NCBI RefSeq assembly: GCF_964355755.1
Contig: NC_092678.1
Location: forward strand, 4,356,422-4,420,421
From: Antedon mediterranea
Taxonomy: Eukaryota > Animalia > Echinodermata
Length of the DNA: 64,000 nucleotides
Reading direction: 5' to 3'
Each line of letters opens with the position of its first letter. Position 1 is the stretch's first letter. The notes under the pieces were generated by a model. That model searched no databases, had not been told where the DNA came from, and was given only the letters and a program-made list of their open reading frames with translations. The position numbers were made by a program, and so were the translations under genes. Shown piece after piece: positions 31,099 to 43,000 of the stretch.

Positions 31099-34000
31099 GA
31101 GACCGACTGACCGACATAGTGAACTATACTGACCGAAATTACTGAACATGTTTAAAAATGTTGAAATGTTTAAAAACATTTATTTTGTTTTAATTTACAC
31201 GTGCGTAGCCTGTCACTTTCGACGTGCTCGTATAACGTAATTTCGAGTTGAAAAGTAAGTCAAGAAAACAGAAATCGGGCAAAAAGAGTGCGCAATAACA
31301 TTTAACGCGCAGTGCGCGCGCAAAAATATGCGCACTCATGGCAATATTGTAAACGCTTAAAATTGCCTGAAATGTACTCTTATTTCATCGAAAATAAATT
31401 TTGAAAATGTTAAGCGCGCGTACGCATGCGTTACATGCGCTACGCACGTAATTGTATTGCCATATGATGATTTATGCCCTGGAATTTATGAGTACCAAAT
31501 TTTATTTAATTGTGATTCATGGTTGTGAAGATATGATTACAAACGTGATTTCGTTAAATCGTGCGTAGACCGCGTAATTTTGTATTGCGCACCGTGAAAA
31601 CATAACCACATTGATTCCTGGCCATAAGGAATATACTGTGAAAAATTGACCTAGCTAGATTAAACTGATATCAAGATAAGGTCAGAAAGTGATAAAACGC
31701 ATAGTGATACCGGACCGACAGACAGACCGACAGACAGACCGACCGACCGACATAGTGAACTATAGAGTCGCTTCCACGCGACTAAAAATATGCTAGTTGC
31801 AAATGTACTTTGAATCTTTCTAGGTACTCGTAATGGAAGTGAAAGGGTTGAAATCACTTGCTCCAAATCGCATCGTTTATTGTACTATGGAAGTTGATGG
31901 CGGAGACAAACTACAAACAGACCAAGCTGAGGCTAGCAAACCAGCGTAAGTAATTATAATAAGGGGGAGGACTCTCAAGTAATAAATTATTGCTTTCATC
32001 TTCAAGTGCTTTTTCAATGGAAAATTGTTAGTTTGTAGACATGGTCAGATCTTTATCCGATTCCTACTATGGTATTCCAATCTTAGAGCTCTGTGTTAAA
32101 TTCTGTTATACTACATTAAAAATATTTTGTTTATATTTAGGTGGGATACTCAAGGAGATTTTACAACAACACACCCGATGCCGATTGTCAAAGTGAAGCT
32201 GTACACCGAGAATACAGGTATGCTGAGCATCGATGACACGCTCCTTGGAAAGGTTGTCGTACGGCCAACGCCCAACAGTCCTAAAACACCTGAGTGGTAT
32301 AAACTGTACACACCTAAGTCTGTAACCGACAAAATCACCCTCAAGTTGGCGGTCCGCATGGACAAACCTCAAAACATGAAGCATTGTGGGTAAGTTTTCA
32401 AAGAAAATATGAAAGCATTGTGGGTAAGTGTTCAAAGAAAATACAAGCATAAAGAGTCCACTATTGTAAAAACTAAATTATTGTTTAGTTCTGAATCCTG
32501 GTAAGGTTGTGTATTGGTCAAATCAAGTAACTGAAACATATGCTTTTATTACATGCATTTATGTATGCAATCCTCGCAGGTTCAAGTAATAAAGATGTAT
32601 AAAATGTTTATTCAAAACCATCAGCACTTTTATATATTGCTTATCTTCTTTTTAAGGTGGACTTATTGTCAGGGAAGAACAGCTTGGAAAAAATGGAAGA
32701 AACGCTTTTATGTACTGGTGCAGGTAACGTACCAAAAGAACACCAGGTATCTGCGCATAAAGGCCAACTTTGACTGCGTCTTATGACGAGGCCCAACGAA
32801 ATGTCTTGACTCATCGGTGCTGTCCGAGTTGAATTCAGACAAGATGAGTCTTTTTGAGATAACGTCGGGTGTAGTTTTTAAGTCGTCTGAATTGGCCTTT
32901 TTGTTCTTTTTTGGGCTTATTTTGATTGATTCTACTACGATCTCTAAACAAAAGAGAGCTGGTATCTTTAACAACAGTACAGCAAATTGTGTTTGTAATT
33001 TGGAGACAGTATACACTTTCCAGATGCAATGTATTAGGGTAACCCTTTTTTACCAGTCTACAATAATATTATAATTGTTGGTTTCAGGTGAGCCAGTATA
33101 CCTTTGCGATGTGTAGTTATCGTGAAAAGAAAGCCGATCCTAATGAGATGATGCAACTCGATGGATTCACAGTTAATTACATCGACGCCGACCAAGGTAA
33201 ATTGAAGAACTGTTTTATAGTTTGAGAATGTTTTCCATTCAAAAGTTTTATAGATGAATGTATCAATGTATATATTTAGGTGAGTTAAAACTTAGAATAT
33301 GTTTACAAAACAAACAAAAAAATGCATATACATATACGATAGTGGTCTAATGGGATGCAGAATTGATATTGTTTTGAGTATTAACATACAGTGTCCGTAA
33401 GCACTAACTGTACACAGTCAATAGCCACCATATGTGATATAGTATCACAATTACAAGGACCAGTACTAGTACACCATTCACCTTTGTTGAAAGAAAGAGG
33501 GAAAGTAATTACTCATAAAACTATTCTGAACAAATTTGTTTTAGAACTTGAGGCCCAGGGAGGACGTTTCTTTTTCAAAGCTGTGAAGGAAGGCGATAGC
33601 TTGACGTTTGCCTGTGATGAAGAAGTTGATAGGCAGCTGTGGGTTCAGGCTATTTACAGGGCTACTGGACAGTCATATAAACCTGTTCCACCAACTCAAA
33701 TATCTGGAGGAAAAGGATCGAACGCCATCATCTCCAGACTTCAAGGAGGTAATTAACATTTTAAGATTCGGTGACCAATTTCACCATTCCCAGTGGGCTA
33801 AGCTCTGTCTACACTATCAAACTTTATGTGACAAAAAATGTGATGTGCCCAAATATAGTAGTGATCATCGTGTCTATATATGGGCACATCACATTTTTGT
33901 TGTCACTTAAAGTTTGATAGTGTAGACAGAGCTTAAGATAAACACCTTAAAGTTTAGAGATTCTCTTAACTAAATGTATACCATTTTATTGATCATGTCA

Positions 34001-37000
34001 AAATTATTCTAATGCAGTTGCTGCAGTAACTACATATTTTTATGAGGCAGTCACTGCAATAAACAGTGTGTAGGATTACCCTGCAAAACTTGCTAAATAC
34101 CTGGTATGCTGACCAAATATAATATATTGCTTTTTACAGATGCGGATCGTGCCCGTAAACACGGAATGGACGAGTTCATTCAGCGTAATCCTAGTACATT
34201 TAATCATGCCCAGTTATTCAAGCTGCTACAGGAATTGATGCTTGACCATCGACTAAATGATTCTTTTTCCTGTTTGGTAGGTGTGACGACCTATGACCTC
34301 CACATTTGTTGGTCGCTGCAACAACCCATAATCTGCTAAAACTGTGTCGAGGATTTGTGCAATGAAGCACGTCAAAATGTCCCTTTTATCGCCTGCGAGA
34401 AGGACAGTAATTAGTATACTGTCGCTTTTACCAGTCCTTGCCAGCTGTCATGAATGATGTTTCACATTTTTGATAGAGATAAGGAGAAAGATGGAGCAAA
34501 AGTTTGCTGTGAGAAGGTTAAATAATTGGCCTTCAGATTGAACCTTAAGCTGTTTATTCAGCACGTAAAACTATAGCATAATCAACATGGTATAATACTG
34601 ACTTCAAATAATGAGAGGGAAGCCATGATTCAACATTTTAATCTTTATTTGATCATAATCATATATTTTTTTTACCATCACAGGGTTGGTTCAGTCCCGG
34701 TCAGATCTTTGTCTTAGACGAGTACTGCGCCCGTTACGGTGTACGTGGATGTCATCGGCATCTGTGCTATCTCGATAATCTGCTCGATCGCGCTGAGAAC
34801 TCGCAAATGATTGATCCCACCCTTATCCACTACAGTTTTGCATTTTGTGCTTCCCACGTTCACGGAAATCGGTAAATACATTTTATTATTTTGATTTGTT
34901 TGTTTGTTTATTTTTTTCTCCACACTTCATTCAACATTTCAACAAGTAATTATAAAAATAGAATGGAAAAAATGTGCAGGGAGGTCAAATTAGCAACAGG
35001 CTACTTGACCCCGCTTTAAACAACTTGAGTTATGGTACATGTATAGAAGATAAGGACATCATACTTTGTTAATGTGGGAAAAAAAATCATGTTAAACCTT
35101 TATGTAGTAAAGTGATAACGCCCTTATATTGTAAATGATACATAATGAAAAACTATGCGACTGGAAAATTCCAATTTATATTCTGATTATTTTCACTATA
35201 ATTGTTATTTTGATGGCAGTTTCCACAATTCATGGTATTAGATCGGTACCATGATGGCCTGGTTTTGGTTTCTAATGTGAGTAGATTGGGTTCAACTAGT
35301 TTGAGATTATTTTTTAGGGTTATTTGGGTTTGTATCGGCAATAATGTAATGTTGTGTCTAATTGTATTTTTATTTAGATATCATTTTAAAAGTTTTTACT
35401 ATTTTGTCACATAAATTATGTGGTTTTTAACTATTTTGTCAGATAAATTATGTGGGTTTTTATAATTTTGAATGGATAATGGGTAATCGTTGGAAAATAA
35501 CACTGTGTTGAGGATTATTTATTATATTTGTTTCATGTCTTTGAATTTTTAAAAACATTATTGATAAGGTGCACATGATTATGCAGTACTTGGTGGTGGT
35601 TAGAATTTTGTATTATTATTTATAATATAATTAATGAATATATTTTGGTGAGGAGTAAATATGAATATATATCCACGGTACACAATCAATAAACCTATTT
35701 GCTCACTGATACTGATGTTGAATTAATCAAAATTTGCAAGTTAAATTATACAATTATAATTGTCATTTGTATATAAGACATGAGTTTATTTACAGACCCG
35801 ATGGGAACGGAACGGTGACAGTTGAAGAGACAGACAAATTTGAAGAAATAAAGGAACGATTGAGAGTACTATTAGAATACCAAATCACACATTTCAGGTC
35901 CGTCTTTTTTAATTCCATTTAATTGTTTGTGTTTGATGACAGTTTCAATTTCTCAATTAGAAATGTTTAAAATATTGACTTTCTGAACATTATCATAAAA
36001 AATTCTCTAAGCAACAAAAATAATGTTAGTATTTTCTTTTTCTTACTTGCTTTGGCACTAACATAAATCATTTGAGACTAGATGAATTTTTTCGAGGATA
36101 AAAATAATGCCAATATTAATAACCTTTATACGATTTTGCATATTTACAAAAGTTGCGTTAACCAAAATAAAACAGCAATAATAAACAAATGTGTTATTAT
36201 CATTATTATTTATCAAGTTTGTTTTTTATTTTAGATATTGCTTTCCTTTTGGAAGGCCAGACCAGGCTTTGAAAGCAGCATTATCGTTACTGGAGAGAGT
36301 AAGTAACACATTCCCGGGGGGGGGGGGGGTCACTCTTAAATATTTCCATACGGGGAGGTGCCGCATTTACGGGTATATTTTCGAGGGCCTGGTACAGTGG
36401 TAGCACAAGTGTGGGAAATTATGGGGAGTTGGTAGCACAAGTGTGGGAAATGACAGGGTGAAATTAGTAGTTTAAGTCCCTGGCCCGCTCACCCGTGTCA
36501 AAATGTCACGATTTATCGCCAAATTTTGCAGGTATTTTAACATAATGGATGCTATAAGCCCGGCTATATAAGCCCATCGCTAAATACCTTTGAATAGGCC
36601 TAGAGTTTTCGCATCAGCAGAAAGAACACGAAACATAGCCTAGGACAAAATCATTCAACTGTGATATCGTCGTCATGTACCGCGCGGACGAGCGATAAAC
36701 TTGTCAATTTGTCAAAACACGTTCGTGATTTTGCCATGAACGGTCTCTTTGGCCATGCGCAGATCATGCCGGGAACCAGTACAAATATTTCCCCCTCTCT
36801 GGCGTGGCCTTGTTTTTGCCGTCTTTTTAGAGAAAACTGGATTTTTATTTGGTAAATGGTAGTTCAAGTCCGTAGTATTTTTCAGTAAAACAGGTAGCGC
36901 AAGTGCCTCATGTCTTGAAGTGGCTGCTGCACCCCCCGTTTGGTTTATATACAATTGACCCCCCCCCCCCACCCCCCGGGAACACATTATTTGAAACCAA

Positions 37001-40000
37001 GGCAATCTAACAACAGGATGCTGAGCTCCGGAGGTCAAGGTGTTTATCTGTGGCTGCGACATGATCAGTTCGACGCCTTTACCAAACCATGGGCGCCAAC
37101 GAGAATATGTACATCGAACAGTACTGTCGCAGCCAGACATAAGATCAAAGGACTGTTACGAACTCTTCTTAGCAAGGCCGGCCTGTTTTTAGGTTCCCTT
37201 TAACATATGTCACCCAATTCTGTACTAAAAACTCCACATTGGCAGTGTTAAGCTCTGTCTACACTATCAAACTAGTAGTATACTAAATATGGTAGTGATA
37301 TGAATCATTTTTTTGTCACAGAGTTTGATAGTTGATAGGTGGGTGAGTGGCCGAGCGGTTAAGACAGTGGAACCGTAATCACATAGCCATAACATCGGCA
37401 GAGGTTCGAGGCTCACTCACTCCATGGTTCTGGTGGTAGAACGAGTCTTCTCGGATAAGGACTATAAACCGTAGGTCCAGTGTACACAACTTGCTCGTGT
37501 GCACTTTAAAGAACCTAGTACATCTTTCGAGACGAGTAGGGGTTTACCCCGGTGTATTAGTACATCACAGCCACTGATCACCAACTGGGCCCTCTGGGAG
37601 ATCAGTATTTGACTGAAGAGGTCACCCAGTATAAAGATAAAACAAACAAACAAAACAAAGTTTAGACAGAGCTTTACAGTACGGAGAATGAATGTTCGTT
37701 TTCTTTTAGGTCTTGATGAAGGATATAGCAACACCGATCCCTCAAGAAGAAGTCTTCAGTACCATCGAGAAGTGTCTGAAAAATGCTGCCCTTGTCAACT
37801 ATGAGCAGGTCTCCACCTATGCAAAGATTGAAGGTGAGAACAATAAAAATGGATTCATAGTAAGTTTACTGAGATACTATACAAAAGTCATAATTTTTGT
37901 TTTCACTTAAGTAGAAAAAGTCATTATTGTTTTCACAAGTCATAATTTTAGCATGAACAAGTTTTCACTTAAGTAAAAAGCTATATGAGTATTATTGAAG
38001 ATTCTTGAATAATTTACAAATTGGTTTCCCTTTCTTTTTGTTCAATTGCAATATAGCGGATAAGGGTGGGGAAAGAACAGGTGATTATCGTGTGTGTAAA
38101 GCTACAGGTTTCCCTCCAAATAATGACCTTTAGACTTTGCTTTAGTTTCGAGTCAAAGACCAGATCATAAAACTTGGATCAATTTTTTTAAAGTCCTATT
38201 TGAAGGGAAACCTGTACTTTATGATGCAGTATTTATATTTAAATAATTTTAGCTTCTAAATAAATCCTTTGTCCAGTTGGTGTATCCGTGCTTAGTTGTA
38301 TATTTGATAGTTGACTAACTGTTAGTTTTGACAGACAGCAATAGTCTGGTGGTATTTGTAAATAGAGTATATTACCAACCCGTGTTTCCTTGTATGTCAT
38401 CCACAATGTTGCCTGTCCTTATTTTCTATTGGATGCCTTAATGTGCATATTGTTGTCAGAAAAATTAGTAAAATAATTCTACTATGCATTAATAGTTATA
38501 TTAGTATATATTTTATATACCCACTGTTGATTGTGTTTTTGTTTATACAAGTTATATAATGTATTCTTTTATTTGACCTAGTCAGTCTGTTGTTTGAGCT
38601 TGCTATAAGTTCTTAAAATCTTCCAAAGAATGGAAGCAACTAATTTTCGGATTGAACTATTTGAAAGCCTAAAATGAAATACACACTGATGTATAATGTA
38701 GCTGCAGATCATTTGCGAGTGTAATGACTTTCCATTCTCGAACGTTTTTTCATCTCTAAAACTAGCTTGTGTACGAAATCAGTACATATCTTGTAAGATG
38801 AGTAGGGCACACTCCAGTATAAATATATCACAAAGCAGGCATGTTTTGTTTGATGAGAGGGTGCCTGTTAAATGGCTAATGGATATCACATGGTTCTTGC
38901 AAGTGTAGACACTAGGGCCTGTTCGTAGGGGTTGAAAATACCAGCTTATTCCCGATTTCCGTTCGCGTGATCCAATTAACTTTTGCCTCAGGCTACAAAA
39001 AATTCGAGGCAAAATGTTCACCAAATTTGCAGGTTATTTCAGCGATAATCTAATTATACTCGGCCTTCGAGGATAATAAATCTCCGATAGAGGCAATGTG
39101 TCAAATTTTGACAAACGTTCGCTGCCTAGGCCCGTCATTTCTCCTACGAAGCTCTTCCATACACGCTTCGAGAGCGATCGTCAGCTGGTGCTGTCCTTGT
39201 TGGTGTAGACCGCTTAGGAATACACCCCGCTTAGTAGGCCTAGCTGGTCGGTGGTGTTTCCGTCGTGTAACATTGGGCTCAAATTCTTCGTCAATGAGTA
39301 AAATAATGGTCGTCAGGAGAAGGCATATTTCGGCAGGATTATCGGCGTTAAGAGGCATAAGGTTTGTCGCAAGGATAAGCAGTGTAAAAGGTAGCAAGTA
39401 ATTGTTATTGTAAAGAAAGATCGCGAGTAAAAAATATACAACAAGAAACTAGCGTGCGAAAATGGGTCGTAGGTTGTAAAGACAACTGACCTTAAAACGT
39501 AATTTCCGGCTTGTGATTCGTCGATAAGCGGTTAAATATTTCAAGTACGAACAACGCTCAATTTATAACCCGAGGCATGGGTGAAATTAAGCGCTTATTT
39601 TAACCACCGTACGAACATGACCTTAGTCTCTCTGCACATTCTTGGAATGTTTCATTCCATTGAATTATACAATTAATGTACATTTTACTAACTTTGTAAT
39701 ATTCTTTTGTACCCACAGTTTAATTATTTTTAACCTCTTGTAACTTGTGTTCAGTAATATTTATATACTTTAGTATGTTGCATATTATATTATTTTTGGT
39801 ATAGTTAAATAAATTGTTTGTATTTATTTATGTATGGTTTTTTGCATTCCTATTTCATATTTTACTTTTGTCTATTGTTAATATTTTTTTTTTTTATGAT
39901 TGTTTATTTATTTATTGTTTATTATTTACAGAAAGCTTGAACAGCATTGATCTACCACCAGAAAGACGACTCGAGGATGTGATCCACTTGGCTGAGTTAT

Positions 40001-43000
40001 GCATTGATGTTCTACAACAAAATGACGAACACCACGCCGAGGTACGTAGCCGATCAAAGCATCCCTGTTGATGGTAGTACGTTCCTAATGTCTATCAGAT
40101 CAATTTTTATAATTGCGTCTAAAACTGCGATTACAACTTTTTTTTTAAGATTGGAAAATAAACAACAGATTTTTTACCGACCCTACATTTGTCAAGGGTT
40201 CCCCCAATAGCTATAAATGGGTTTCTGGACTTTTATTTTTGTAAAATATTTTGTTAGTTAAACCAGAATGATACCAATGAAAATATTTGCTTTGATCTGA
40301 TTGGCTACAGGAAACTAACATAAACTCAGCATCAAATCGAAACTTTCCTCCATAAAAAATATTACGCATACTTATTGTATATTTCAGTTTGATTAGTTAT
40401 TCTTATTTTATTTATGAAATTATTTTTGAAAAGTTAATAAGAATCCATAACAAGTGTTAATTGCACATTTTGTTTAATAGTGTATGCGCATATTGGCTGT
40501 GTGTAAAGCCTGTTGTTGCTGTATTATCCTATACACCCATTGTTGTATCTATCTTCATAGGGCCGTTTGCACTTTGTGCTCATTTCATCCATTTGTGTTC
40601 GTCATCATCTTGTTTATAATTAAGAACATTTTACTACTGAGATACTGCCCTAAGGCATTGTTATATAGAGCATCATGATAATAAACAAACTGGTTTAATA
40701 AATACCATCAGAAAAGAAATCACTGTACAATCTGTGCATAAGTTCCAGTTCAGTGACAAACATGGTCATTTTTGGAACTTATGGCGATAACTGGGAAATT
40801 TTTCGCTTGAGTGCTAACATATAATATTGATAGATGTCAAAGAGTACTGTATGATTTCATTTTGACTGATTCAGGGGAGCACGCGTCCCAAAGACAACCC
40901 TCCTTGATTCGCCCCTGATGAAACATTAGCCTAACATGTTTGAAAATCTCCATAGACTCTAATGTATGTCAACAAGCATTAACAATTTAGGCATAAATCT
41001 CTTTGCCCCTACTATATTTCTGTTTTTAGCAGGTGTATTGTGTCTAAGTTTATTCATGAACATTGCCGTTATAATAGTACTTTGCCAACTTGTAAGTGCA
41101 TTGACAATATCACATTCTTAAATAAAGCACTTACGCATATCTCCACAGAGAGAAATTCAGTATTCTCTTACTGTCTGTAATCAGTATCCATACTCTATAC
41201 CCACGGGTCTTAATCTTTATTATGTAAAGTGTTTGTAGAATGTATCATGATGTTCTATAAATAGTATCAATTTTCCATGATCTTTTTTATTAGCACGATA
41301 AAAAAATTCATGATTCAACAACTTTCCAATTGGTTCACATTGAACAGGATAATAGTCTTTTGATGTGAACCAGTCTTTGATGCATCTTTCTATTATTATA
41401 CAATTCACTTTTATTCTATTGTTCATTTTAACAGCGTGACCAACCCAAAGAGTCACAGGTATATCCTATATGTCTTCAAATTAAAACAAAATTTTTCAGC
41501 AATAGAATGTAAAAGTGTTTTTTGTCTTTTTAGTGTTTTTTAATGGAGTAATGTGATAAAATGTCATGCAGACATATGCAAATTAGAATATAAGTGCAAT
41601 ATATGTAAATTTACAATTTGCATATTATGCAAATGGGGAAAAATATTTTGTTCTTGCACCTTGTTACTTTCAATTTTGTACATTTAATTTAAATGCAGAT
41701 TTTCCGTTTTACAGTTAACAATACAAGTTGTTTACATATGTAAATTCTATGTAAACAACTAATGCAAATTAGTATGCATATATAATGCAAAGTTTGTATA
41801 TGCTACACGACAGGCAGGCAGCTCCATTAATGCACTTAAGTTAGTGCAACCATGCCTAATCAATTATTCCTTTAACGTTTCCATAGAAACCAGCAACAAC
41901 AAGCAATAATCTATATTTTCCTAAATCTTGTTCACAAAGAACGTTTAAAATTTGAGAAATTTAAAAAGTGACGCAACAGATGAATATATATTCATAAAAT
42001 TAAAAACTGAGAAACCAATAAATATTTTCATTATAAAATATGAATAATCTGTCAATTAAAACGTTCATGTGAGCAAGATTACCCACTTTCTACTCCTAAT
42101 TGTTACTTTTTATATATTTTTTTAAGGATCATTTCAAAATGATTCTACTGCAGTAACTATGTCTTTAAACCTGATTTGTGGGTAATCATGCACACTATGT
42201 TTTGCAGTGACTGCCTCATAAACTAAATTGAAACAAACTTATACGTAGTTATTGCAGTAACTGCAGTAGAATATTTTTGACATGATACCTTTTCATGCAA
42301 AATAACATTATTAATATAACATTGTTTTGTGAGCCTAATAATCAGATTCCCTATATCCTCCTTAATACTAATAACTTATTTTGTTTTGAAAATGTAAAAA
42401 AAATGCTTTTTATATTAATTCCTAACTTTAACTATATTTAAAAAGTAATTTCTTATTATATTATTATTATTATTCTTATTGTTTTTTGGTGATAGATAAT
42501 GAACTTGTTACATCTAAGTTACTGGTCTCACTCCAATAATAGTTCACTATAGATGTTCTTGTTTTTATCTCAATTTGAAAAGATATTTGAATACAAATCC
42601 TTTTTGCACACATACTGTACAAATAAGTATCGTTTTTTTCAAATCGTGTCCGAGCCATGCGCGCATAACAGTTCAGTGAGGAAATATAATATAATTTTGG
42701 ACGGAGACCAGTATCATTTTTTATCTTTTACATAATATCTTGCATATCGTTTTTTAATACATTGCTTTTATAATCTGCTTCAGGCTTTTCAAATTTACAC
42801 CGTTTCATCCTAAATAGTGCTTTACTTTTAAATTATTATTATTACTTGTTATTTATTATGTATTGTATCATCTTTTGCATTTTTTTGTTCTTTTAAATTT
42901 TATTTCCTTCTTGAATTTTAGTTTTTCTTTGTCGTTCAAAATCCCATCTTACTGTAGTTTGACTACAGCATATTGTTTTTCAGCTTTTAATTTGTGTATT

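Noticed and set aside
37341-37424. tRNA gene
   Set aside because: No proper anticodon arm or Pol III terminator, and it continues into a SINE body and (AAAC)n tail.
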